This document shows, one piece after another, positions 7,955-18,935 of a stretch of 64,000 nucleotides of DNA; within the stretch, counting starts at the first letter, position 1, and each line of letters begins with the position of its first letter. Where the stretch lies: assembly GCA_009839975.1 (NCBI GenBank), contig VXOP01000167.1:185-64184 (forward strand). The letters are read 5' to 3'. Below the pieces are notes generated by a model that searched no databases, had not been told where the DNA came from, and saw only the letters and a program-made list of their open reading frames with translations. The DNA comes from Candidatus Poribacteria bacterium. GTDB lineage: Bacteria > Poribacteria > WGA-4E > WGA-3G. Both the position numbers and the translations under genes were made by a program.

Positions 7955-10411
7955 CTACCGATTTTCTCCGTATTCAGGTTCTATCGCTGGACGGACTACC
8001 CATTCCGAGAAAACAGATTTAAATGACTTTGCCTTCTCTCCAAAATGCAGATATTGGATACTATTCACAGGAATGGAAATTTCTCCATAGATGGACGAAT
8101 TTCCGTACAATCTCTCACCCCTTACCTCAATAGGTTCGAATATCAAGATCGGGTTATGGATCAAAGCGATGCGAACAAGTGAAACGTTTGATTCGCTGTT
8201 GTCTGCTGGGGAAGAAATTGGGTCCTGATCAGTTGCGATCTCATCAGAAGGTATTTCATCGGATGGGTCTTCCCGTTCTGTTGCCTGAACATCACTAATA
8301 TCAATGATACGTGCAACCCTGTTGAGAGGAATGATAGATTTTCGCATCTTTGCTTCAAACTGAATTGTCTCTCCATTAAATCCAGTTAGTTTCCCCCGTT
8401 TTAGATCGCCATTGTTTGCTACCAGTATATGTTTCGGTGGATTCTCACGGTTGAATCGAGGTATGGTCAGTGCGCGTTCTACTTTCACATCCAACTTTTC
8501 GGGTTGGATTTCAAGCGGGTCAAACAGTAGGTCAACGCCGTGCTTTAGCGCGACGGCTTGGTTTGCAGCAAAGTCCCCTCCGAATGTGACTTTCAGCGGA
8601 TTTTCACCAGCATCACCCGTTTCTACGATGATCTGCAGCATCCCATTTTCTGCTTTTTGCATTGTAGCTTCCAAAATCCGTCCATCCTCTAAGATGATAC
8701 GATGTTTATTACCTCCTGTAATTGTGATCGGATTCCGGTTTTCTTTCCTACCCTGAGTCTTTCCAAGTGAAAACTCAATGGCTTTCATGTGCGTTGATGC
8801 AATGCGCGCTGCACTAATGAATGGAGACCGAAAATTGATGTTATCCTTATCATAAGACAGAACATTACACGGGATGACCTCACCATTTTTCAGATGCAAT
8901 AGATGCGGATACAAGGTAACATCGTAAGGCTGTAACCTTGATACACGTTTACTATGCCGTTCTATACGAGGTGAACGTTCGTCTGCAAAACGTACCGGTG
9001 CCGATACGCCTGTCGGTTGCCACGTTATACTGAATTCATTTTTACTACCAAATATGATCTTGCCTTGTAGACTACCATCAGGGAAAAACATCCTATCATA
9101 GTCTTCCGTAGGCTTTTCGGAATTGGTTGTAGAATTAAACCTGAGTAAGGAAGCACCATCAAGTGAACAGGTTAACGGTTCATCAGCATAGTCCGTTTTT
9201 AATACGGCACCAGTGGCGGTTAAATCCAGTATCTCTCCTTGTACAACACCGCCGTCAACATAAGACAGTGTTGAGACATCATCTGTCGTTGATAACACCA
9301 TCCCCGGTTGAACAACACGATCTATTTGATCTAAACTGATCTCACTTCGTTCGCCATCCGTATCAAGGACATATCCTTTTCCCCGCTTTAGTCTGTCTAC
9401 GAACAACTTGCCATGAAAGACTTCTCCATTCATCATGTGAACACGTTGTTTTGAAAAATCGACCTTCTGATTTCTGAATTTTGCGTGCTGTCGGTATACC
9501 CTTAATCTCCGCACTGTAAGTTCCTGTCCACGATTATAGATGTAGATACCGGTTGTATTGACGGTAGGACTGACATTTTTCAGTTCCAAGAGCGGGTTTC
9601 CGTTTATATCAAAAATCTCTAACATTCCTGTCGTTTGGTCGTAGGCGAGTCGTAGACTGAAGTTACGACGATCAGGTTCAATTGTCATTATCGGTTCAAA
9701 TATTGTTCCTTGAACGACAACGAGTTCGTTAACCCATGTCTCTAAACGCAATGCCTCATATAGGTTTTTACCGAGTGAGAAGACAAAGCCTGGGGGACGT
9801 GAGGTAGATCCCAATTCTAAACTAATCTCAAACCGTTCGGGCCACGCGATTCCGTAAAAGATGTTGGCTTTACTCTTATCGGTCTGTGGATGTCCGGCTT
9901 GATTAGCATACCATCCTGTCTGGGGTTCTTCCCATGATGATAATTGAGAGCCATCAAAGAGTAAATTTGAATGTTCCCGACTTTCAAGCGAATAGATGGA
10001 TGATCTGTTCACCCTAAACTTACCAAAACGTTTGTTGGAAAAAAGATAGGTGTTTTCATCTGAATCGATAATATCAGCAGTCCACACATCTCCTGATACA
10101 GTGGCTATGCGAAATGTGCCTTGTGATGATTCAGTTTCTTTGGAGAAAACAATTGAATCCAATACACTTTTATCTATCTCTAACGCATCTGAGAAGTAAG
10201 GTGATTGCCAACGGATTTTTCCCGAATTACTTTTTAATAGTTTACCAGCAAGGGAGTCACCGTTTTTCCAACGTAAGAGTTCTTCGGCTTCTATGCTATA
10301 GTGCAACTGGAATGTTGCGATCACAACAGTAATTGCTAATATCCACTTTAGGTATCTTTGCATTGTGTTTTTCCTATTTGAAATATTTGGGGTATATTCT
10401 CTATCTCTCAT
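7955..10411 (-). CDS. Large hypothetical secreted or membrane-anchored protein (818 aa)
   Basis: N-terminal signal anchor (YLKWILAITVVIATF). No recognisable catalytic motif. Its start is coupled (TAGATG) to the stop of the upstream gene. Confidence 0.5.
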   Translation of the reverse strand: MRDREYTPNISNRKNTMQRYLKWILAITVVIATFQLHYSIEAEELLRWKNGDSLAGKLLKSNSGKIRWQSPYFSDALEIDKSVLDSIVFSKETESSQGTFRIATVSGDVWTADIIDSDENTYLFSNKRFGKFRVNRSSIYSLESREHSNLLFDGSQLSSWEEPQTGWYANQAGHPQTDKSKANIFYGIAWPERFEISLELGSTSRPPGFVFSLGKNLYEALRLETWVNELVVVQGTIFEPIMTIEPDRRNFSLRLAYDQTTGMLEIFDINGNPLLELKNVSPTVNTTGIYIYNRGQELTVRRLRVYRQHAKFRNQKVDFSKQRVHMMNGEVFHGKLFVDRLKRGKGYVLDTDGERSEISLDQIDRVVQPGMVLSTTDDVSTLSYVDGGVVQGEILDLTATGAVLKTDYADEPLTCSLDGASLLRFNSTTNSEKPTEDYDRMFFPDGSLQGKIIFGSKNEFSITWQPTGVSAPVRFADERSPRIERHSKRVSRLQPYDVTLYPHLLHLKNGEVIPCNVLSYDKDNINFRSPFISAARIASTHMKAIEFSLGKTQGRKENRNPITITGGNKHRIILEDGRILEATMQKAENGMLQIIVETGDAGENPLKVTFGGDFAANQAVALKHGVDLLFDPLEIQPEKLDVKVERALTIPRFNRENPPKHILVANNGDLKRGKLTGFNGETIQFEAKMRKSIIPLNRVARIIDISDVQATEREDPSDEIPSDEIATDQDPISSPADNSESNVSLVRIALIHNPILIFEPIEVRGERLYGNSSIYGEISIPVNSIQYLHFGEKAKSFKSVFSEWVVRPAIEPEYGENR

Positions 10412-11518
10412 CTATCTCTCATAAATCGGCAACAGACGATAGTTCAACGCTAAAGTGAGTACTGCCATACCTGTTCCATAAGCTCTACCGTAGTTGCTAT
10501 TGAAACTACCATCACCTCTTTGCAGTTTTTGCAGACGTTCAATAGTGCTTTGATTCCAAGCTTGCCATGCCTCAAAGTCGCTTTGGAACAGTGCCTGAGC
10601 CATATAGTATAGTGTATAGAACATATAACCGCCGCTAACATTGTAATCCAAACGCCGTTTGATGAATTCTGCGGTTGCCTTGTATTCTTGCGTATCTTTC
10701 CGTTTACCGATTGCATACACGAGCGTTGCAATTGCCGATCGTGTTATACTGTCTCCATGGCTTCTTGACGGCATATAAGATACACCGCCACCACGCGAGG
10801 TACAGGTCTGAAAGAAGTTCAAAGCTTTCTCAATGGCTTCATTAGGAATTTCAATTCCGGCATTACGTGCCCCAAATATCCCCATCAGAACGGTTCCAGC
10901 GACTGTTGTGTCCGCGTCGCGTGCGGTGAGGTTATAACGCCATGCACCCCAGGGATTTTTCTCTTGTGCTGTTAGTGCACATCTTACAGCAAGTTCCAAG
11001 GCTTCACCGATGGTCCGTCTTTTACTTTCGGGTGTACCACTGTCTTTCCAAAGCAATTCGTCGCTGACTGCACCGTACGCCTCGGATAGTGCTAACATCG
11101 CGAAACCGTGATGGTACATTGATCCGTGTCCTGATCCTTGTAAGAAACCGGATTTAGGATTCTGTGTTGTGATGATATTTCGCAAAGCTTTACGAATGTT
11201 CTCCGCATAGGGTCCGTAATCAGGGTCTTCACCACTTGCCATAAACGCCATAAGACATATACCTGTTATGCCTGCACCATTACGTGAAGCTTGCCAGGAA
11301 CCGTCATCCAGTTGTGTATTGATGAGGTAGCGCAGGCATCGGTCATTTATGGTTCTCACTGATGGTGGGACACCCGGACCGTAGCGGAGCGTTGGGTCTT
11401 GACCGTAAGCTAACTTATCAGTATGGGTGCTATACAGTATCAGCAAACCGATGAATCCGATGACAACTGTGTTTCGGCTTTTTAGTAGCCACTTATTTTG
11501 TTTATGTTTTTTCATCAC
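10412..11518 (-). CDS. Prenyltransferase/squalene-oxidase-repeat (terpene cyclase-like alpha/alpha toroid) family protein, signal-anchored
   Basis: DDGSW, GAWRY and GSF-type repeats. N-terminal TM. Assigned by pattern recognition only. Confidence 0.45.
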   Translation of the reverse strand: MMKKHKQNKWLLKSRNTVVIGFIGLLILYSTHTDKLAYGQDPTLRYGPGVPPSVRTINDRCLRYLINTQLDDGSWQASRNGAGITGICLMAFMASGEDPDYGPYAENIRKALRNIITTQNPKSGFLQGSGHGSMYHHGFAMLALSEAYGAVSDELLWKDSGTPESKRRTIGEALELAVRCALTAQEKNPWGAWRYNLTARDADTTVAGTVLMGIFGARNAGIEIPNEAIEKALNFFQTCTSRGGGVSYMPSRSHGDSITRSAIATLVYAIGKRKDTQEYKATAEFIKRRLDYNVSGGYMFYTLYYMAQALFQSDFEAWQAWNQSTIERLQKLQRGDGSFNSNYGRAYGTGMAVLTLALNYRLLPIYER

Positions 11519-11593
11519 GTTTCCTTGTGTTCTATAGTTTATTAAATAGTATACCTGAATGCAGGTGAATCGTCAAGAGGTATTGTGCTGAAG

Positions 11594-12994
11594 TCAAGTT
11601 GATTCAGTCTTATATCTCAACGGCAACCAGATAGATACCGTCACACCTTCACTGATCGTGCTTTCAATTGCAACCGTGCCGCCATGTTCTTCAACGATGC
11701 GTTTTACATTTGCTAAACCGAGTCCTGTCCCTTTGTCCTTGCTTGTAAAAAATGGTTCAAACAGATGTGGCATATCAGTTTCTGGTATGCCGACACCCGT
11801 ATCTGCTACTTCAATAGATACACCGTCGTCTAATTTTGATGTAGATACCGTTAAGACTCCCCCTTGAGGCATCGCCTCCATTGAATTCAGAACAACGTTC
11901 ATAAATGCCTGTTTTATCTTATCAGAGTCAAATTCAAATTCTGGTAAATCAGACGTGAATTCTAATTGCAGTTCAATCTTATGGTGTGTTAAGTTTGCCT
12001 TCATCAACGCCAAAACATCTCTTAACAGGGGTTCAAGCGGTTGTTGGACAGGTTTGAGCGATGTTGGACGTGCGAAATCCATCATCCCTTTCACGATAGT
12101 GTCAATCCGTTCAATTTCCTCAAGGATATATTGTAGCGATTGCCGCTGTTCTTCAGTCAATTCCGGTTTTTGTCTAAGGAGTTGGGATAGCATCCGCATA
12201 GATGATAGCGGATTCCGTATTTCGTGTGCAAATGAGGTAGCCATCTTCCCTGCTGTCGCCAACCTTTCAGCTTGAATAAGTTTATCTCTTGATTGCTTAA
12301 GTTCCTGTGTCATTTGATTGAATGCAGTTGCCAGATCGCCGATTTCATCATGCGTTTTAAGTTCACACTGTTCATCAAGATTTCCCTCTGCCACTTTATT
12401 TGTAAACCCTACCAAATCCTGAATGGGATCTGTTATCGTCTTTCCAATACGGTGGCTAATGAAAGAGACGAGTCCGGTAACAATAATTGCGATACCAAAC
12501 ATATAGAGTGTGAGGGTGCGCTTCGCTGCTGCGATCTCCTCCATTGGACGTAACAAGCAGTAAATCCGCCCCACAGCAAGTATATGATAAAACACTTCGT
12601 AATGTTTCCCACCGAGAGAGACATTGTGGGTGACAGGTGTTCCCTCTTCCTCTTGGAACGATTGCTGGATCTCTTTAAGTCTCATTTTTTCGGTTAAGTA
12701 CTTTGCATCTTGCTCAGTTTCGGGAATATCTGTGAGTGTGCTTGCATTAATCGTGAAATCCGAACTAAAGATCATGACTTCAACGGTGTATGCTTGTTTT
12801 ACCTTCTCTATATCTTCATCAATAAACCCAGTTTCAATAATAACATTGAACCATCCTTCGGTTTCGCGTGTGAACTGTTCGCTGTATTTCCAAGCGAAGA
12901 ACTCAACCGTTAGTAAAGATACAAGGATAGTGATAAGCACGAAGAGAATCAAGAATGGGAGAACGATTTTGGTTTGAATACTATAGCGTCTCAT
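11594..12994 (-). CDS. Sensor histidine kinase (TM-HAMP-HisKA-HATPase)
   Basis: H-box FAHEIRNPLSSM. N-box and G-boxes (DTGVGIP, GTGLGL). N-terminal TM. No adjacent response regulator. Confidence 0.85.
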   Translation of the reverse strand: MRRYSIQTKIVLPFLILFVLITILVSLLTVEFFAWKYSEQFTRETEGWFNVIIETGFIDEDIEKVKQAYTVEVMIFSSDFTINASTLTDIPETEQDAKYLTEKMRLKEIQQSFQEEEGTPVTHNVSLGGKHYEVFYHILAVGRIYCLLRPMEEIAAAKRTLTLYMFGIAIIVTGLVSFISHRIGKTITDPIQDLVGFTNKVAEGNLDEQCELKTHDEIGDLATAFNQMTQELKQSRDKLIQAERLATAGKMATSFAHEIRNPLSSMRMLSQLLRQKPELTEEQRQSLQYILEEIERIDTIVKGMMDFARPTSLKPVQQPLEPLLRDVLALMKANLTHHKIELQLEFTSDLPEFEFDSDKIKQAFMNVVLNSMEAMPQGGVLTVSTSKLDDGVSIEVADTGVGIPETDMPHLFEPFFTSKDKGTGLGLANVKRIVEEHGGTVAIESTISEGVTVSIWLPLRYKTEST

Positions 12995-13122
12995 GGGTTT
13001 CCTTCATATTGAAAGCGATAACAACACTTTAACGTAGGTGATTATTCTTGTCAAGAGAAAGCGAAAAGGAACAAGACACAATAAACGATATAATACCATT
13101 TCTAATTAACAATGTCCTCTTT

Positions 13123-13146
13123 TGTAGCATAAACTTCCAGTTTGTG
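13123..13146. promoter_or_regulatory. Palindromic motif TGTAGCATAAACT-N4-AGTTTGTG (copy 1 of 3)
   Basis: The same 24-nt motif recurs at 30303-30326 and 32346-32369. This copy lies in the divergent region between the histidine kinase and the ECF sigma gene. Confidence 0.45.
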
Positions 13147-13354
13147 CCGTTACACGTCTGATTTCTAAAAGTATCCTGTAATCAGAGGTTATATAATAGA
13201 AATAGCATAAAATGAACAATATTGCAAATGGAAGTGTCTAACTGTAGAGAATGTGGGAACTTTTTGGCACTCGTGGTGTATCAATAGGTAATTCTATTCC
13301 CTTATATTCACTGCATAAACTGCCTTCACACATCGAGAAAAATGGAGAAATAGT

Positions 13355-13990
13355 ATGCCAGAAACGATAAGGTCTTTGGATTTCATGCCTGCTGACGATT
13401 TAGAAAATATTGATGAACAGACGTATGTTGCCCGCTTCCAAAATGGTGATGTTGATGCGTTTAACACACTCGTACTGAAGTATCAAGACCGCATTGCAAA
13501 GTTGATTTACAAAAACATCAAGGACATTGAAACGACTAAAGACCTCTGCCAAGAAGTGTTCCTAAAAGCGTATAAGGCTTTACCAAAGTTTAAGGGTGAT
13601 TCTGCATTCTATAGTTGGCTCTATCGTATTGCTATCAACTGCTGCATCGACTATATGCGCCAACAGAATAGACGTCAAACTGTTCTGTTTGACGATTTAA
13701 CATCTGAACCAGACGACTTGTTGTTAATTAGTAAGCAACCATCTCCATCGGATCAGGTTGAGATGACAGAGTTAGGTGAAATCATTCAGGAGGCGGTGAA
13801 ACAGCTTCCACCGAAACAGCAGCGCGTCTTTAGGCTCCGATACGATCAGATGCTTCAGATGAAAGAAATTGCTGTCGTAACAAATCGCTCAGAGGGCACT
13901 GTGAAAACGCATCTGTATCATGCACATCGCAAACTTCGGGAGTTGCTACGACCCTATTTAGAAAATCGTCCGTTAGAGTGGAATGCGTGA
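13355..13990 (+). CDS. ECF-type RNA polymerase sigma-70 family factor
   Basis: Region 2 (DLCQEVFLKAYKAL...YSWLYRIAIN) and region 4 HTH (LQMKEIAVVTNRSEGTVKTHLYHAHRKLRE). Confidence 0.8.
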   Translation: MPETIRSLDFMPADDLENIDEQTYVARFQNGDVDAFNTLVLKYQDRIAKLIYKNIKDIETTKDLCQEVFLKAYKALPKFKGDSAFYSWLYRIAINCCIDYMRQQNRRQTVLFDDLTSEPDDLLLISKQPSPSDQVEMTELGEIIQEAVKQLPPKQQRVFRLRYDQMLQMKEIAVVTNRSEGTVKTHLYHAHRKLRELLRPYLENRPLEWNA

Positions 13991-14053
13991 GAATTGATGT
14001 TTATTATGTGTTAGATTTATATATTGTGATTGAAAATAGGTAGGTTTCTCCTA

Positions 14054-14092
14054 ATAGGCGCGAGTTCACACCGCGCCTATCGCTTTATATTT
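14054..14092 (+). terminator. Hairpin terminator after the sigma factor gene
   Basis: ataggcgcg-agttcacac-cgcgcctat is a 9-bp stem. It is followed by CGCTTTATATTT. Confidence 0.45.
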
Positions 14093-14341
14093 GAGTATAA
14101 AATTTCGCTTGCACTTAACTTCAATATAGCGTATTTTAAGGTGGAAGACACGATAAATTCTGTTTTAATCCTTTTATTTTACTTGCAACATTTTTGAAGA
14201 TTGTGTTAAACTAATGAAAATTGCCACAAATGAGTCAAAATGTTAGCAAAATCTCAATATTTAATGGAGATTACAAAATAGAAGAGAAATGTGGTAAACT
14301 GTAGCGTCAAGTCACCCTTTCTGTCTGAGGAGACGTCCACG

Positions 14342-16231
14342 ATGAACGATAAGGATAAGTATAGCAAAGTTGGTGGAAACCACTACGATAGTAAATCTGT
14401 CAAAGATAAGGATCAGTTGGAATTTGATGAAGATTCAGAAAATGAAGATGAGGAGACGAATGCCAACTATTCTCAGCGGCGAACAGACCGCAGTCGATAC
14501 GATAACAAATACATTGAAGACGATGATGGGTTTGAGTTTGATTTAGATGAAGAGGTCGATGAAAATGAAGCCAGTTCAGGTTATTCACTCCGCCTTATTC
14601 GTATGATCATCTCGGAAACACCTGTTGAGGATTTTAGACGTCGGTATCTGCTTGAATTGCGTCGTTCTATTATCAACGACGAAGGTGAATTTCGTCAAAG
14701 ATTACGTGCTATTGAACAGGAAGCAATTCGCATTCATAAAGAGATGGAAGAGCAGATAGAGGCACTAACTGCTCCTGCCAACCGTATCGGAACGCTCCTT
14801 GACACCCCCAAAGACGATACTGCGCGCGTCACCGTTGGTGGTGCTGAATACTATGCTAATGTGGACCCACAGTTGGAATCGGGTAACCTCAAAAAAGGAG
14901 TGAGTGTGCTTCTCAATGAAGCCTTTGTTGTTGTTGGCGAACTCGGCTATAATGAATCGGGTCCGATTGCTAAGATTTCTGATATTCTTCCGGATGGCAG
15001 GCTTCGTGTCGGGTCTGAACCGAGTCTGCAATCTGTCATTATAGAACGCGCGACGGATCTCGTGGATGTTAAGTTGAAGTCTGGTGATGAAGTTCGACTT
15101 GATCCGAGTTTGCGGGTGGCGGTTGAATATATCGCATCCAAAGAAACGAAAGATTATGCACTTGAAGCGGTTCCAGAAATCCCATGGTCAAAAGTGGGAG
15201 GACTTGATGAAACCATTCAACGAATTAAAGATACAATTGAGCAACCGATCTTACATCCAGAACTATTTAAGAAGTTTCAGTACACTGTCCCGAAAGGTTT
15301 CCTGCTCCACGGTCCTCCTGGTTGTGGTAAAACACTCATCGGAAAAGCGACAGCGTATAACCTAACTGAACGTCTCAAAACAGAATCAGGTGAAGAAATA
15401 GAAGGGACATTCCTGCACATTAAAGGTCCCGAAATTCTCAACATGTGGCTGGGTGAATCGGAACGGAAAGTCAGAGAAATTTTCTCAACAGCACGAGAAA
15501 AACGGGATGAAGGTAAACTCGCTTTTGTGTTCATTGATGAAGCAGAGTCTATTTTGGGAACACGGCGTGCAATGCGATCACACAGTATCTCTAATACACT
15601 CGTTCCCATGTTCTGTGCAGAAATGGATGGGATTGAACCGCTGCAAGAGGTTGTCATTATACTCGCTACGAACCGACCGGACTTAATTGATCCTGCTATT
15701 CTTCGTCCGGGACGTATAGACAGAAAAATTAAAGTAACGCGTCCGAATAAAGACGCTGCGAAAGATATTTTCGGTATCTATTTGACAACTGACCTTCCAA
15801 TTGAAACGGAAGAAGGTGAAACGGATGACCAAGGAATCGTTGATCAACTGATAACTGAAGTCGTGGATGAGATGTTCCGTGAATCCTCTGAAAACCGGTT
15901 CCTTGAAGTCGCACTCCGCAGCGGCAGGCGCGATATTCTCTATCGGGGGCATCTCTGCAGCGGTGCCATTATAGAATCAATCGTTCAGAGAGCAAAAGAA
16001 TCTGCAATGAAGCGTGCAATAGCAGCCCCTGATACAGATACTGGCATCACTTTAGACGACCTTATGGATTCACTTAACGCAGAATATAGCGAAAACGACA
16101 TCTTCCCGCCAACAGAGGCTACTGAAGATTGGCTCAAACTCCTTGATTATGACCCCGTGAATGTTGTCAAGGTCACACCTATTCAGGCAGAAAAAAGAGA
16201 GACACGCAAAGTATCAAGTCCAGTGATTTAG
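14342..16231 (+). CDS. mpa: Proteasome-associated AAA+ ATPase (Mpa/ARC)
   Basis: Walker A GPPGCGKTLIGKA. Walker B FVFIDEAES. An N-terminal coiled-coil region. The gene context is mpa-dop-pup-prcBA-pafA. The start is taken at the ATG at 14342 with a GAGGAG RBS. The ORF track uses 14291. Confidence 0.8.
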   Translation: MNDKDKYSKVGGNHYDSKSVKDKDQLEFDEDSENEDEETNANYSQRRTDRSRYDNKYIEDDDGFEFDLDEEVDENEASSGYSLRLIRMIISETPVEDFRRRYLLELRRSIINDEGEFRQRLRAIEQEAIRIHKEMEEQIEALTAPANRIGTLLDTPKDDTARVTVGGAEYYANVDPQLESGNLKKGVSVLLNEAFVVVGELGYNESGPIAKISDILPDGRLRVGSEPSLQSVIIERATDLVDVKLKSGDEVRLDPSLRVAVEYIASKETKDYALEAVPEIPWSKVGGLDETIQRIKDTIEQPILHPELFKKFQYTVPKGFLLHGPPGCGKTLIGKATAYNLTERLKTESGEEIEGTFLHIKGPEILNMWLGESERKVREIFSTAREKRDEGKLAFVFIDEAESILGTRRAMRSHSISNTLVPMFCAEMDGIEPLQEVVIILATNRPDLIDPAILRPGRIDRKIKVTRPNKDAAKDIFGIYLTTDLPIETEEGETDDQGIVDQLITEVVDEMFRESSENRFLEVALRSGRRDILYRGHLCSGAIIESIVQRAKESAMKRAIAAPDTDTGITLDDLMDSLNAEYSENDIFPPTEATEDWLKLLDYDPVNVVKVTPIQAEKRETRKVSSPVI

Positions 16232-16291
16232 TGCTACACCTTTACCTTGAAATAAAATCACATATTGTCCGATAAAAACAGAAAGTTACAA

Positions 16292-17812
16292 ATGATGCAT
16301 AGACTTTTTGGAATTGAAACCGAATACGGAATCACACTTGAAAACGCTGAACAGATTGATACTGTCAAGGAATCCATTGAGTTAATAAAGTGTTACCAAC
16401 GCGAGCCATTTTTACCGAAATGGGATTACAATGGTGAAGACCCTTTCAGAGATGAACGCGGTTTTCGGGCAAAACATTTAAATAACCATCCTGATGAAGT
16501 GGAGGAGGAGAAGAAGGATAAGGAAAGGTTTGCTAATCAACCTGATCGTTCCTTTCGTGAAATAAAGAGTGACCGCATCCTGATAAATGGTGCGAGACTT
16601 TACAACGACCACGCACATCCAGAGTATTCAACACCTGAATGTCAAAGTTTGTTTGACCTTGTAGCACACGATAAAGCCGGTGAACGGATACTGCAGGAAT
16701 GTGCTGAAAGACGGAGCCAAGAACTTGGTGAACGGGTTATCCTATATAAAAATAACACCGATTTTTATGGTCATAGTTACGGATGTCATGACAACTATCT
16801 AATGGACCGTGATGTGCCATTTGATTACCTCAAAATGAGCATTCTCCCGTTTTTTATTACACGGCAAATATTTGCGGGAGCGGGTAAGATAGGTATTGAG
16901 ACTGAAGCGGGACTCGCTACGCCGGGACATTTCCAACTCACACAACGTTCAGATTTTTTTCACGTAGAGGCGAGTGTGGATACAATGCACAAACGTCCTA
17001 TCGTGAACACAAGAGACGAACCGCATGCGGATCCGGCAAAATATCGTAGACTTCACGGAATCGTTGGCGATGCCAACATGTCCGAATATGCTACCGCGTT
17101 GAAGGTCGGGACAACTGCACTTGTTATTGAACTGATTGAACAACGGCTTATTCCAGAGACATGTGCCATCGCTAATCCGATTGATACCATAAAACTGATT
17201 TCGCATGACCAGACGTATCGTTGGATGTTACAGAAGGTGGATGGTAAAATGATCTCCGCGATTGATCATCAGCGCGAGTTTCTTGAAATTGCACAAAAAC
17301 ATCTTGCGAGTCAGAACAGTGAGACGGATTGGGTGTTAACACAGTGGGAACAGACGCTTGATGCACTTGAAAATGACCCGATGAACCTTACAGATAGGAT
17401 TGACTGGGTCGCAAAAAAATGGTTGTTGGAAACCTTTGTTGAATCTGAAGAAATTGAATGGGATGACCCCTGGCTCCAGAGTATTGATTTAGAATACCAT
17501 AACATCAATGTTGAGGAAGGTTTATTCTACGGATTACCGATGCAAAGAGTTGTGACGGATGAACAGATTCAGGCAGCTATGCATACACCCCCCGCAGATA
17601 CGCGGGCTTATTTCCGTGGTAAATCACTCAACAAGTTTGAAGATGCAGTCAAAACTGTTCAATGGGATAGTATCTCCTTTGACATTAAAGGGAGGACAGT
17701 GACTGTTAATATGAACTCACTTGCGAATCCGGAAATTGCACAGAAATATAATGAAGCACTTGACTTATCCCCTAATCCGCAAACCCTTGTTGAAAAGCTC
17801 GGTTTACCTTAG
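16292..17812 (+). CDS. dop: Pup deamidase/depupylase Dop
   Basis: N-terminal HRLFGIETEYG signature of the Dop/PafA carboxylate-amine ligase family. It is longer than the second paralog and has an acidic insert (EVEEEKKDKERF), consistent with the Dop loop. It lies immediately upstream of pup. Confidence 0.65.
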   Translation: MMHRLFGIETEYGITLENAEQIDTVKESIELIKCYQREPFLPKWDYNGEDPFRDERGFRAKHLNNHPDEVEEEKKDKERFANQPDRSFREIKSDRILINGARLYNDHAHPEYSTPECQSLFDLVAHDKAGERILQECAERRSQELGERVILYKNNTDFYGHSYGCHDNYLMDRDVPFDYLKMSILPFFITRQIFAGAGKIGIETEAGLATPGHFQLTQRSDFFHVEASVDTMHKRPIVNTRDEPHADPAKYRRLHGIVGDANMSEYATALKVGTTALVIELIEQRLIPETCAIANPIDTIKLISHDQTYRWMLQKVDGKMISAIDHQREFLEIAQKHLASQNSETDWVLTQWEQTLDALENDPMNLTDRIDWVAKKWLLETFVESEEIEWDDPWLQSIDLEYHNINVEEGLFYGLPMQRVVTDEQIQAAMHTPPADTRAYFRGKSLNKFEDAVKTVQWDSISFDIKGRTVTVNMNSLANPEIAQKYNEALDLSPNPQTLVEKLGLP

Positions 17813-17865
17813 CATAATGTAAACCCACAATCGCATCTAAAAGCACTTTTAAGGAGAATAAATTC

Positions 17866-18063
17866 ATGAAAGACAAAATTGTCTATTTTCCCGAACGCAA
17901 ACAGAGACCGGTAAAGCCGATAGAACCCGGTGACGGTGGCGATGATAGTAACGCGCCGAAACGTCCCGATGTCAACAGACCCGATACAAACGAACTTCTA
18001 AAACGCATGAGACGGGTTGACAAAGATCAATCGCGCCGATACCGACAAAGGACGGGAGAGTGA
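17866..18063 (+). CDS. pup: Prokaryotic ubiquitin-like protein Pup (divergent, C-terminal Gly-Glu)
   Basis: 65 aa. Basic/acidic disordered N-terminus. The C-terminus YRQRTGE resembles the canonical YVQKGG[QE]. It sits between dop and prcB and overlaps the prcB start (ATGA). AAGGAG RBS. Confidence 0.5.
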   Translation: MKDKIVYFPERKQRPVKPIEPGDGGDDSNAPKRPDVNRPDTNELLKRMRRVDKDQSRRYRQRTGE

Positions 18064-18935
18064 TGAACCATAAAGGCGACTTTCTCAGCCTTTTAAAACA
18101 TGCCGATACCTTGCAAGTTGATGGTGAACAGACTCAAGGTATTTCTGAAGTGAATGTCCCAGAATTATTACCAAGTATAAAAAAACCTATACGCGATGCT
18201 ATGGTGCTGCCCACGCAAGACAGACAAACGCATAGCACGACTTTAGCGTTAGCTGAGGCAACGACTGTTGTTGCAATGCGTTACAAGGATGGTATTATCA
18301 TTGCGGGGGATCGGCGTGCAACCGCTGGCACTTCTGTCGTTCACGACCGCGCTGAGAAAGTCATTCCTATCGACTCACACTCTGTTCTGGCAATCTCTGG
18401 TGCCCCTGCAATGGCTTTTGAGATTGCGCGTGTTCTAAAACACTCATTCCAGTATTTTCGTCGCAGCCAACTCCAAGAACTCAGTGTTGAAGGAAAACTG
18501 AGAACACTTTCACGGCTTATCCTTGATAACCTGCCAATGGCACTGCAGGGGATCGGCGCGGTGATTCCTATCTTCGCGTTGTATGCACCGCAAACTGACG
18601 AAACGGTAAACGGTGGCAAAATCTATTTCTATGACGCACTCGGTGCACACTTTGAAAACGTCGATTTCGCTACAACCGGTTCCGGTTCAGTTTGGATACG
18701 CGGTGTGCTACGTTATCTTGACAGATGGGGAGAGACACGACTTGAAGATATGGATGAACAGCAGGCAACCATCACAATTCTAAGATTGCTTGATACAGCC
18801 AGTGAGTATGATGCCGCAACAAGCGGATACAACGCAAAAGCTGAGATATTTCCTACTGTCAAAACGATTACACGACACGGCGTTGAAACACTCACCGACA
18901 AATTTCTTAATGAATGTTACGCGGAGGCTACATAA
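18060..18935 (+). CDS. prcB: 20S proteasome beta subunit PrcB with propeptide
   Basis: A propeptide followed by TTVVAMRYKDGIIIAGDRRAT (active-site Thr1 context). Ntn-hydrolase fold motifs. Confidence 0.75.
   Translation: MMNHKGDFLSLLKHADTLQVDGEQTQGISEVNVPELLPSIKKPIRDAMVLPTQDRQTHSTTLALAEATTVVAMRYKDGIIIAGDRRATAGTSVVHDRAEKVIPIDSHSVLAISGAPAMAFEIARVLKHSFQYFRRSQLQELSVEGKLRTLSRLILDNLPMALQGIGAVIPIFALYAPQTDETVNGGKIYFYDALGAHFENVDFATTGSGSVWIRGVLRYLDRWGETRLEDMDEQQATITILRLLDTASEYDAATSGYNAKAEIFPTVKTITRHGVETLTDKFLNECYAEAT

Noticed and set aside
10401-10424. Tandem ATGAGAGATAGA duplication at the junction of the prenyltransferase-like gene and the 818-aa gene
   Set aside because: It creates the TAG-ATG stop-start junction and looks like a small local duplication. 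No independent function is inferable.
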